From assembly GCA_904063045.1 (NCBI GenBank), contig CAJFCJ010000006.1, forward strand, positions 5,410,408 to 5,474,407: a stretch of 64,000 nucleotides of DNA, read 5' to 3'. This document shows, one piece after another, positions 32,301-46,015 of the stretch. The first letter of the stretch is position 1. Every line of letters begins with the position of its first letter. Below the pieces are notes generated by a model. That model saw only the letters and a list, made by a program, of their open reading frames with translations. It was not told where the DNA came from and did no database searches. This DNA is from Dimorphilus gyrociliatus. Its lineage: Eukaryota > Animalia > Annelida. The position numbers and the translations under genes were made by a program.

Positions 32301-33038
32301 CTCTACATGTTCGTCGTCGTACTTTATATCTGGTTGTCCAATTACGGCAGCTACTTCTGTCTCTGAGTCAGAGTCCTGTTTCTTTCTTCTTTTCTTCGTT
32401 TTGAATACGGGGGCTATGACTTTTCTGTTTCGAAATAACAGGGAGGATACTAAACACGTTAGATGTCGCTTACTAAAACCTATCAAAGGGAGTGTAAAAA
32501 CCGCATAAATTCTCTTCTTTATAATTTTCTGAACACTTTAGTGAATATATTTATCTTCTAAGTACGCTAGTTTTTGTTAAATTAAAGAAACAATTAGGAA
32601 CTATTTGTTAACAACCCAAAATGGCGGGCAATGACCTTCACCTTTCCGTAGATGAATGCGTTGTTCTTTAGCCTACGTAGGCCAGTAGGATGGTAATGGA
32701 TTTAAAACAACCCGAAATTAGCGGAGGAAGCTCTAAACGAGCAAAAAGTGTAACAGAAATACGTGCAACAGGCAATATGAGCGCGAAACGCAAACGACGC
32801 CATTGTAACAAGATGGCTGAAGAGAAATTAGCAACGGAAAATTGTAGAGCGCAGACGATAATTGGACTTACGAGCGTCTTTGATATTTCTTGGATTTATG
32901 ATGAGTCGAGGACATAATTTTAAGAGTCTTATCCTGATCCGTAACATCCTCTTCTTCTTCTTTGTTCGAGCAATAATTATGTTCTAGTTTGATGATTTTA
33001 GCGAGCAATATTTCTTTGCCTTTTCCACGAGTTGCCAT
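26346..33038 (-). CDS. CHD7: Chromodomain-helicase-DNA-binding protein, CHD6-9 / kismet subfamily (7 exons, ~1,850 aa)
   Basis: Tandem chromodomains, SNF2 ATPase ([35 protein letters not shown]), CR/SANT-like blocks ([37 protein letters not shown]) and a BRK domain ([24 protein letters not shown]...WLEQNP). It represents the single invertebrate pro-orthologue of CHD6/7/8/9. Exon 1 (33038-32872) is inferred from a phase-2 GTAAGT donor. Confidence 0.9.
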
Positions 33039-34951
33039 AATGCTGAGGGTCTTCTTCATACCCTTCCAAAATCCAATGAAAGATAATCGTTAATATACGA
33101 CCCTATCTTGATAGATCGAATAGTCTTAAAATGTACTATATGGCCGTATTTTGCGATTTAGTACGTAGTGCCACGACGTATTAATACGTTTCGATAGTCG
33201 CCGGTTTTCGCGCGCTGGATTGTACTCATAAATATTCATCACTGTCGTTAGAAAGATTGCTGATTGGCTAAGACTAAAGTTGGAAATTCTATTTTCAAAC
33301 ACTTATCCCTAGCGTTTTCTTTGTTGAAGTTTTACCTTAATTCACCTTTATAATAAATATTGTAGGATAATCATATGAATTAACTTATTATTGGAGCAAT
33401 TTATGATAAAAATTTATAAATATGTCTATAAGATTTATTCACAAAGTTCAACAAAAAAATATCATATAGAGTTCTTCTACTTATCATCGATTCAAAATAA
33501 GTACAGAAAATAATCACATTTATATATATGCCACACGTCATATCATTTAATCACAGTATCCTCAATATGTTAATGAAATAATTTTCAATTGATATAGCTT
33601 TGAGTTAGTGTTCAATAGTTTATTAGATATCTCCCTTTGGCAGTCGACAAGAGAAATAGAAGAACAATAAGAAAATAAAAAATTCATATTGTCTAGTACA
33701 TATATAAAAAAGAACGAAAAAATTGTATACAGAAACAATGCTTATTAATAATTAATATATAAGTTTTTAGAACGAATTCATAAAGACAAAAGTAAAAAGA
33801 AAGTAGGAGAAGTAGTAAAAGAAAAAAAAGAGAAACAAATTAATTAACTAATTAGAGCTTTCTAATATTAAAAATTCATTTCTGTTAAACTAATTAAATG
33901 CCTGTATAAAATAACTTATTATAATACGTTTCCACATCTAATTTTCTCTTGAGAAAGGAATAGTTTTTCCTTTATTATTCAGTAGAATATGTATAATAAG
34001 TGTTGGATTATTTAAATTATCTTAAGTATTCTTTCCAATTGATATAAACATAAAACCATGTATCATTAGTTAAAGTTAACTATTGAGTTTTTCTAAAAGT
34101 TCATGGTCATTTGTGCAAATCTAGGGTTTGTTTATTTATTTACTGGGTGTATTTTTTCTGTATCAGTTTATGATAAAATATGTAGCAAACAATAACTAGG
34201 TGGGATACGGGGGAAAGTAGCTCGTTTCCTTATGCTTTGTCACCATTCATTTACATGTTATTCACCCATCTCTCGAATGTCTTGATAACAACAGAATAAT
34301 AACAATAAAAAGTCATTATATAAAAGGCGGATTGTAAGAAAACTACTCCTCTTTCTTTTCCCCAAACCTATCTATATTAGTATAAGCCCATCATCTTTCA
34401 TTTTGTTTAGAGTATATAGTTATGTACTACTTTTAAGTTTTATCTTTAAAATATTGATAACAGCCTTTTATATTTGTTTTTTTTTTTACATCTAGAACAA
34501 TTTTAGCAATACTTAAATACTATTTTAGCGGATTATTTTCTCCCATTTACTCCTTTGATGCATGTAACAACTGCAGAAGTGTCTGCAATTAGTTTATATT
34601 CGGAAACAACTAACTAATGTCTAAATCTAATGACAAAACTATTATCTCTACTTACGCAATAGGCTTAATATTATAACCATAAGCATGTGATATTTTTATC
34701 TAATGCTGTTTTTCACACATATACTAATATATTTATATATATATACAGTATATAGGCCATTTAATTATTATAACGTAGTTTAAAGATACAATTTAACATT
34801 TAAATTTCTTAGACTTATCATTTACGAAACTTGAAATTTGCAATTGTTATATTCGTATTCACCTATTATAATATGTTAATGTTGGCAAAATTGTTCGCCA
34901 TTTTGAAACTAATTTGCTCTTCGAACGGTCGAAAGGTTTTATGTCATAATA

Positions 34952-37589
34952 ATGTGGCAAAGAAATCTGTCTCATATTTTAGGTATAATATAAAATCTAT
35001 TATTCTTTAAATAAATTTGCAACATCCAATAGATTCTTTCTTTTCGGGAGTCAGTGTAAACACTGGGATTTCCAAGGAGCAGAACAATTTAAATTTAAAC
35101 TCCTTCGCAACGGCAAACTTTTCAAAAAATGTAAGTCTCTTTAATAAAGTTTTTTATGGGAATATATTTTAGAATTTTTTTCCTAGAATTTCGATACCCA
35201 TTCTTGTAGAATAAGTAGTTCGTCTGAAAACGAGACTGATGATTCAGACTGTTGCCCGAGCGAATGTGAAAGTACAGTGGAATCAATTGGATTCGAGGTC
35301 GAAAACACAGATGACCGCTATGTTACCATTGCTGAAAAGATATTTCACAAAATCCTAACTGAGCATAAAGGAAAATGTTCAATTACAGAGATGTATCAGT
35401 TATTTGATGGTGTATCGCAAACTGAAGTTTATTCTACACTAAAAAAATTACCTTATATACGATTGGTACATCAAGGTGAAAAAATCTGGGTTGTTACATT
35501 TAGACGATCTATGGTAATATGCTCTAATTATGTTGGTACATCACCATGTAATCTTCAGAATTGTCAATATCTTCATATATGCAAAAATATTATTATGGAC
35601 TTTTGTCCGTTTGGTCAAAAATGCAAACTAAATCATAACATTTTCTCTGTACATAATAAAAGAATATTTGACCGAGAAAGTCTGGGATCTTTCAATGCAG
35701 CTAATATAAAGCTTCTGATTAGAAATTCCATGCCGAAAGTCTGTGAAAACTACGTGCAGAAATCGTGTGACCATATTGAATGTATGGATATTCACATATG
35801 CCCTGACCTTATAGCGCGAGGTAACAATCACAAAACTGATGGTTGTAAATTCGATCACAATCTATATAGTTCTAACATTGGAAATATCTTTGAATCCTAT
35901 AAATTAAGAATTCCGCCAAAATATAGGAGAAGGTATATTCTAGCTAAAGCAACTGCAAGAAGAGAAAAGGGAACAAAAAAAGTCACGAAACGAACACGTT
36001 CTGCATCTAAAGGCTGTAAATCCGCAATGGAGTTAAGTAGTGGGAAATTTTTAGAATGGCTGATAGTAGAAAAGAAAGGGATATGCTCTTTAGAAGCAGT
36101 TAAAACCTGTCCCTACGTTAATATACAGAAGATAGAAGAGCTCTTCAGACAGTGCCATACTCGTTTATTGCTACTACCTTTGGAGTTTAAAGATAATTGC
36201 AAAGATGTCATCGTTAAAATATATTATCCAGAATTAAAGTTATGCGCAGACTATTGCAAATCAGAGTGTTCTAGTTCAAATTGTCTAAAGATTCATGTTT
36301 GTCAAGCGTGGCTAAATGGGGCCTGTGATGTGCAAAACTGCCCTAAAAGTCACAACTTTGAAGAGCCGAGCACTTTAAAGTTAACAAGCAGGCTTGGTTT
36401 GGACAAAAATTACAAAATATCTCATATGATTTGCATTATTCAAAATACTTTTCCTGCTGTTTGTGTATCATATAATTCTGGTGCCTGTATCGCGGGTGAA
36501 AATTGTCCTTATCTTCATATTTGTGCAGATTACATGTTGAGGAGAAGACATTCTAGCTGTCAAAAGGATCACACAAACTCGTCTACTTCAACAAAGAGAA
36601 TACTTGATTATTATCGTTTATCAACATCTATTCCTCTGAATGATTCTGGATCTGTTATGATTCCCAAGTCTCTTTGGAAACAGAATGGTACAACAGAAAA
36701 CGCTGTGCTAACTAAATCACAAGAAAATATGGATAAAAACTTCTCTCATATGCTTAAACTTATAGCTACTGAAAGTGGTTTTGCTCAAGGGGTTTCCAAT
36801 ACGAAAAAGAAAAAGGCTACATTTATACCAAACATTTCTAAGGAACATGTGTCATTACCGAAGACTGGTAGTTTAGAAGAGTTAGCCCGAGCTCAAGAGG
36901 GCCACGCTTCCAAATATGGATCTACAGATAAAAATATTGAAGATGCTATTATTGATTGGCTTATAAATGACTGCGATGGTAAAGCCAAAGTTTATGAAGT
37001 TCTGCGGCAGTCATTTTGTTCCAACCTGAAGGAACCCATGGAATGGCTAAGAACAAGAAAAAGTCTGTTACTAATTGATGGTCGTGACCATATGGATAAT
37101 ACACTACAAGTTATGATGATAGGATGTCGCTTATGTATTAACCATCTAAATCCAAAAAAAGTATGCAGACATAAAGAATGTGTGTTTTTGCATCTCTGCC
37201 GGGATTTTGTTATGGATAACTGCAAGCGAAGAGTTTGTAAGATGTCTCACAATTTGTCAGATTCGCACAACAGCAATGTACTAAACAGTTTAAACTTGTC
37301 GAAGTATGGCGATAGCAAAATTAAAATGATTATTCGAAATTCGATGCCTCAATTGTGTGTCCGATATTGTATAGACAAATGTGACAGGGGCAGTTTATGT
37401 CCCTTTATTCATTATTGCCCTGAAGCCTTTAACAGTCAGCAAAATGATTGCAAGTGTAAACGCAATCATTGCTTAGAAAACAAACACAACTCTAAATTAT
37501 TTGAATTTTATAGAATTAATGAATCCTACAATGAATCAATGAAAAGAAGAATGATATTGTATGCCAGTGTCCTTACAAAAACATCTTAA
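34952..37589 (+). CDS. Protein with three tandem ZAP/PARP12-type N-terminal modules (helical subdomain + 4 CCCH fingers each), no WWE/PARP
   Basis: Exons 34952-34982, 35033-35130 and 35187-37589 splice in frame (MWQRNLSHILD...). Each module has the spacing C..C..C..HxC..C..C..H-linker-(RNS/QNT)xPxxC..C..C..HxC..H typical of the ZC3HAV1 RNA-binding domain. Confidence 0.8.
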
Positions 37590-37790
37590 GACTGCTAATA
37601 AAGTCGTTTGGAATATACTTTTGTAGAATTCTTTTCGTGTGTTAATTATACTTGATATGAATTAAAGATACACATTTTGTATTTCAATCTTTGACTTTAT
37701 CAGAAAACTATACGCCATGCATCCAATGTAGTTTGTTTAACGTAACAAAACTAAATTAACTAATATACGCCATTACGGTCAAATAAAACC

Positions 37791-38269
37791 TTATTCAAAT
37801 CGTCCCAAAATATCTCCATCTCGGAACAGAAAGTAATCCTACAGGGAAAGAGATATTAATGGCAATCTGTTTGGATGATTTAACTTTATCTTACCTTATC
37901 ATCCATAACAACCTTAGTCCCACCGTACTCTGGTAGCAAGACTTTGTCACCAATTTTTACTGTAGTAGGGATAATTTCTCCAGACTGTCAAAACAACTTG
38001 GTTTTGGACAAAATATTTAAAAACTCGAATGACTTACATCAGTTCTGAGGCCATTACCAACAGCAACAACAGTTGCTTCATTGACTTTTGCTACAGCGTT
38101 TTCTGGCAACATGATACCGCCTTTCGTTGTTGTCTCTTGCGCAAATCTTTGGACAAGGACTCTGTCGAAGAGGGGAATGAAACGCTTCAAAGCAGACTGA
38201 AAATAATAGAAAAATATATAAAGATTTACATAGCTGATTTACCACTTTAATAGAAAAAGTACTTACCAT
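37791..38269 (-). CDS. HSPE1: Mitochondrial 10 kDa co-chaperonin Hsp10
   Basis: Exon 1 is the ATG alone. Then SALKRFIPLFDRVLVQRFAQETTTKGGIMLPE, VVAVGNG, GDKVLLPEYGGTKV, DYFLFRDGDILGRFE*. Confidence 0.96.
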
Positions 38270-38775
38270 GTTTGTAGTGATTTTTACTTTGACCTCAGAT
38301 GCACGTGTTTCTCCTATAGAATGCTCGAGAAGTGACGCATGCGCATTAGCTAAGTTTGGGAGTGATCGCAATTTTTTTTCTGAAAATTCCCTTCCCCAAG
38401 CACTTATATCAACTTTTTCAACTTTTAACATAAATGTATCAATTCTTTAAAAAAGTAAATATTTTTAGTATTTGTGAAAAGTTAAAAATTCGCTATGATA
38501 ATTGTAATGTTGAAACCAACCACAGCTTCTAGAAATAATATTCTTCAGATGGATTGTACATGAAACTTATTTTGTAAAGTTAATAAACATCAGTAATCTT
38601 GCTTTATTTTACTTCAATGCAATCTTTCATTGAATAAAAAGTCATGTTTCATAACTTTTAAATGTTACATTCAAACAATATCTTTATAAAGTAGCTATCA
38701 ATTGGTATATACTGATTCGGGGCCGTATTTCTCTAATTTGCATCATGTTTCGACCTTGAACTAGAGTTTATTTCC

Positions 38776-38790
38776 GTTCGCGAACATTCG
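38776..38790. promoter_or_regulatory. Heat-shock element in the HSPE1/HSPD1 bidirectional promoter
   Basis: gTTCgcGAAcaTTCg is a perfect three-unit nTTCnnGAAnnTTCn. A second, imperfect element aGAAtgCTCgaGAAg lies at 38318-38332. Confidence 0.75.
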
Positions 38791-39032
38791 TCCGCCGGCT
38801 CTACAACTGAGAATTAATTGCTTCTTTCAGCAAGTTAAAACAGCTCTTCTCCTTACAATAGTAATCAACTAAGGTAAAAATCGAATCATAACGTTATTTT
38901 GGAATAACTTATTTAATTTGAATAAAATATCTCAGTTTTTAAATTAACCACGTGCTTTTAAGGCGAACACACTAGTTCGACATCCGCGACCTTGTTCTTG
39001 CAAAGAGAAAATTAAGTTATTTAAGCTTATAA

Positions 39033-40850
<1,818 letters not shown>

Positions 40851-41582
40851 ATAACGAATTTTGTTAGAAAAGATTTTTGTATGTTGTAGGGCTTTTTTAT
40901 AATAGGTCGAATAAAAATTTTGTTACCTAGTAAGAACATCTAATTAGAAATCTACGCCTAAACTATCTAAAAGTTCTGACGGAGGAAAATATTGTTGATG
41001 TTATATTAATAAACTTATGAAATATATTTGGATTAGTTTTTCCATTCATTCAAATAAATTTAATCGTTAAAAGGTCGTTCCCTCATCAGTATTTATTTAT
41101 CTTTACTCTTAAAGACATTATCAATTCTGCAAGGTTAATAGTGCATTTGTTATCTTCTAAAATCTACGCTTTTTTTTAGATAATAATAGTCATTACTATT
41201 TACTGTACTTTATAATGCGGTGACGAACAGGGTTTTTTACTTTCTTCAATTTGCTTCTGAACTAGAAAATATAATAAAAATTATTTACTTAGATAAAAAA
41301 AACAACAAATAAACAAACATTGACGTCTAACAGAACAGCGTTCCCTCGTCTTCTTATTAAGAAACTTTTCAAATTTATCATCGTAATATCCGCAGTTTCT
41401 ATTATACAAAGTAAATAGTATAATTGATGGTTTTTATTGAAAATGTTAAATGTTTACTGCGGTCCTCCCATCTGTTCTCTTACTTCTCTAACACAGTCAA
41501 AATGTTTTTTAAATTTTTTCTTATAATTCCTGAAAACAGTGAACAAATGATTACGTATAGTATGTAGGTCATTTTTTATATT

Positions 41583-42756
41583 TCATAATAACCGTTTATC
41601 GCAAACATCAGATTCGTAAACAAAAGGATAGGAGCATCTATATTGTTGGAAATTATAGTTGATTAAACAACCGCCTAAAAAGGCTTTCCAAGATGCTTTA
41701 TTAGTATTCCAGACATTAGGTTTAAATATATATCTATCGTAGACGCAACCTTCTAGTAGTTTATTATTCATTTTTGAATTGTACTTCTCCATACAACGAA
41801 TTGTTTTTTTCATTTCTTGCCTATGTGAAAAACATAGGATGTTATTATTATTTAACTATTGTAAGAGAAAAGAATAATACTCTAATTCTACGAGTCCATC
41901 ATCAGTAAAATTGTTTGGATGTAGTTTAAGGTAGCTTCTTATTCTCTTGTATCTAGCCACGCATATAGCCAGATCCTCATTTTTACATTGGGATTCGTGT
42001 TCAGTCAATTCGTTTAAAGCTAACTCTTTCTTATATTTTCGACTTCTCTTTCTATCCCAATTCAAACCTTACATATTAATTAATACATTATTGGCCTTAA
42101 GTTCAGTAAATAATCAAATATTCAACTAACAATGGTCAAGTCTCACTGGTAGCATGTTTTCTTTATATCTTTTTATTTCGATCAATTCGCTTAGTTGACT
42201 AGAGCAGAATGGAAATTGAAAGGTAGCGTTCAAGCTATATCTTATTTGACCAAGATTTTGTATTAAACTGTAATAAAAAATGTCGGAAGTTTGACTTAGA
42301 AAGTTAGATTTATAGAAATAATAAAATGTTATTGTTAATGTCAAAAGAAGCCGACGAAGAGTTAAAAGAAATCGTTCTTATTCACACAAATAAAAGTATT
42401 ATATGTGAATGTATAATAACTCTAATTATCATAATTTTTCTTATACTCATAACTTACAATATTCGTTACCTTTCACATTGCCTCTTAGTTAAATCTTTTA
42501 AGGGTAATGGTTCTCTGTAATTACCTACTTCCGTTCCCCTTATGAAAAAAGGTTCCAAGAGTAGTTTTGCCATTCCAGCTGGTGAAAAGGGTGGAGCAGG
42601 AGGGAACGGAGAAGCAGGAAAGGGACGCTCACCTCTGCTGTTCAGTTGATCGTCATCAACCGTTGCAACGAGCATTTCTTGAGTTTTTCCATAGCAAACG
42701 TCCATATAGAATACGAGTAAAAGGAAAAAAGGAAGAGCATGTTTAAAACAAAGCAT
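41583..42756 (-). CDS. Orphan secreted Cys-rich preproprotein (282 aa, 4 exons)
   Basis: Exons 42756-42470, 42267-42131, 42067-41881 and 41820-41583 join in frame (849 nt). Signal peptide MLCFKHALPFFLLLVFYMDVCYG, a Pro-rich pro-segment, a KR|Q site and 10 Cys downstream. Confidence 0.7.
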
Positions 42757-43077
42757 TTTCCCAAAGAATGACAAACATTTTTCTACTTTTAGAAAAATAT
42801 AAAAAGTTTAATCTGCTTCTCATTAAAATTAGCATAAAAGCCTTAGAGTTTGTTTTTGAAAACCCAGATAAAAACTATTAACACGTGCAAGCATTCCTTA
42901 ACAGCCAATACCTATCACCTAGATATTTAATGAATGCAATTTTCAGCTAGTTCGTAGCTATGTCAATATTTTCTGGTATCAAACATAATCTTTTATTTCT
43001 AATTCGAATAATATCCGGCAATAGAGCAGATCACCAGTCCAGTCTGATTGTCCTCTCAAGAAGGATCTCTACCAAAT

Positions 43078-46015
43078 ATGGTTAGATTAATTAGCTAATT
43101 GATTAATTTATTTTGAAAATATATATCTATTTGAATAAATATATAATTTAATTCCCACAGTATGGACATTTAAACGTCATAATTAAGAAATTCGTCACAG
43201 AAAGGTTCAGCAAACAGCAATGGGAAACTATTTTGTATGATTTTATTATTTGTATTATCTAAAACAATCATTAATTACAAACTATCTTATATTATTTAGT
43301 AAGAAATGCTCATTTTCTACTGATTTCAATGACAAAGAAATCTATTCTGATGAAGATACGACAAAACTGCTTGAGGAAACCACAAATGTATTGGGTAAAT
43401 TAAAAATTCAATCATTTCTCTTACTTTTTACTTTGAAGCTTTAATTCATAAGTCTAACTGTATTTCAAACCATATTAACAGGTTTCAAGAGAGAAGCTTT
43501 GATGGTCTTGTTGGGTGAATTTTATTTCGACTATATAAGAAAATTAGGCCACGATGAATTATTAAGAAACCTTGGAGCGACTTTTAAAGATTTTCTTGAA
43601 AATCTTGACTATGTTCACACTTATATGATGTCGGAATATCCTGAAATGAATAGTCCTTCTTTCAGATTGGAAGAGGATGAAAAAAATGAAAAACTTTATC
43701 TTCATTATTATTCATTTCGAAAAGGCTTTCACCCTTTAGTCATTGGTTTGTGTATGCTTATTCATGTTTATATAGCAACATAATCAATCCATTATTTTCT
43801 ATTCAGGTATTCTAAAGTCTGTCTCAAGAGTTTATTACAAACAAGATTTACTTTTTGAATTGATTTCTATTGAGAATGAGACAGTTTGTAAAAAAGCTGG
43901 CTCTACTCAGAGGGAACACGTTGTTCTTTGTATTACAACTGTTAAAGTTGAGCAAAAACCCTCAGAACCTCCACCTACCTTTGTAGCTCAAACGAGAAAA
44001 CATGGAGAAAAACAAATTTTGAAACAACATGTTGATGAAGTTGCTATTAAAATTGACAAGATTAGAAGAGAGCAGGGAGAACACGCTCTTCCTGTTAACA
44101 AAGCCAGAGCGGCTAAGGCGAAATGGAAAAGTCTTGCTCGAATGACTATGCTTTCTGGAGATTTTACTCCAGCTTTTCCCACCAACCTTGCACTAGATCC
44201 AAGTTCATTTTGCTCTACTTTCCCATACCATATGGTATTTAATAAAGATATGCATGTTGTTCACAGTGGAATAAAGATTCAAGAATGTATGCCGGGAATA
44301 AGAAGTTTGTTGGCTCGTGGTGACTTTTATTTCGATCTTCTGCACCCGCCCCAAGTTGATTTCACTTTTGTAAATATAAAAAAGTTCATTAATACTCCAT
44401 TCGTTGTACGATGCAAGAAGGCTAAGATGAAGAAAGATTGGGGATTCAGACCTCTCCTTATTCTGCGAGGTCAGATGGTACCTTTAAAGGATGAAAATTT
44501 TGTAATCTATTTGTGTTCGCCTTTTGTAAGGAGTCTAAGAGATCTTGAGTGTAGAAGAATGCACCTTGCCGATATTCCAATTCACGATGTGACAAGAGAT
44601 ATGTTATGGATGGAGCTAATAGCTCGCTATAAATTTGGTAATTTGCAAGATACTCCTCCACCGCCCGTAGAATATCCTGAAGGGGATCAACAACCTCCTA
44701 TAAAGGAACAAGACGATAAAATGATTATGCGAGAGGTTCTTGTAGCTCCTGCAATTGTCGGATCAACTGGAATAAACGAAAACCATTTAGCAGCTGAAAT
44801 GGCTAGATTACGTAACGGTTGGGACACGGAAAAGAAAAGAAATGCCGATTTGTACAGAACGTTTCTGCCTCCAAAATGTCTTGCTCAATGGGAATCTGGA
44901 CAAAATCTTGAAGCAGGCTATTACGATTCAACTACTGTACTCTTCTCAGATGTTGTTTGTTTTTCAGATATAATGGCACGGTAAGTGCAGAGGAATGATA
45001 TAAATTATATCTTTTCATTAAAAGTAACTTGTACAGGTGTAAAGCAAACGATATTGTAAATCTGTTGACGAAATTACACTGCAAATTTCGAGAAGCCTGT
45101 GAAGTGCATGAAACATTCCGAGTTGAAACTATTGGAGATGCTTATATGGTAGTTTGCGGTGTTCCAGAGCCTTTACAGTCACACGCCGAAAGAATTTGTA
45201 ATACTTCTTTAGCTATGATGCATATCGCTAAAGAATTATCTTCTCCTTACGACTACGGTGACAAATCAAAAAGTGTCAAAATAAGAATTGGCATAAATAG
45301 TGGACCAGTTACTTCCGGTGTTATTGGCGACAGAGTTCCGAGGTGAACTTTTTTTATTTAGATCTCCTTTCACTCTTCCTTTCATATTTTTTTATATAAC
45401 ACCTATATTTGTATTTAATCTTCTTCCTTTAATAGATTTACTGTTATGGGGGATACGGTAAACCTAGCCTCTAGAATGGAAAGCCATGGATTACCAAACA
45501 AAATACAATTATCTCCAAGCACATATAATCTAATTAAAGAGAAAGGATTCCGAATAGAAAAGAGGGGAGATATTGCTGTTCGAGGAGTAAAGAAGAGAAT
45601 AACAACTCATTGGTTAATGGCTAACGATAATGTTGGTCTAGCAGATGTTTTAGGAAGAAGGGTAAAGCCAAGATTAACTGGCGGGGTGGAAGTTACCTTT
45701 ATAAATGAAGGAAAACACGAACATCCACCTAATACTGCTAATTCAATAACAACTCCAGGATCAGCAGATAGTTATGACCTGATTCCTATGAGGTAATACG
45801 CCCTTGTTAATAAACATGACGTTTTTATATACAAGAAACAATTTAACAGATATAGCGACAACCCGAGATATCCTTTAAAGCCTGGAGCAAATGTTCGTCC
45901 TACTGATCTACCTAGAGCGAGATCAATGTCCACTCCTAGACCGAGAAGTGGTTCCGGTTCAAGCACCCCTAGAATCGGGACACCTAAAACCAATAGAGTC
46001 ACCCCGCATAAATAA
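43078..46015 (+). CDS. Soluble guanylyl-cyclase-like protein, beta-type (H-NOX, HNOBA/PAS, coiled coil, class III cyclase, basic S/T-rich tail)
   Basis: Exon 1 is the ATG alone, then YGHLNVII. Heme His in LDYVHTY, YxSxR in HYYSFRKG, PAS region FPYHMVFNKDM...LRGQM...YLCSP...MHLADIPIHDVTRD. Cyclase motifs LFSDVV, VETIGDAYM, IRIGINSGPV, GDTVNLASRMESHG. Confidence 0.9.

Noticed and set aside
26404-32917. Plus-strand ORFs inside CHD7 and ORF 32690-32917
   Set aside because: Antisense to conserved coding sequence or within intron 1, with no recognisable motifs.
33100-34900. 1.8-kb AT-rich gap searched for transposon ends, tRNA or hidden exons
   Set aside because: No terminal repeats, tRNA A/B boxes or ORFs seen; it looks like ordinary intergenic DNA.
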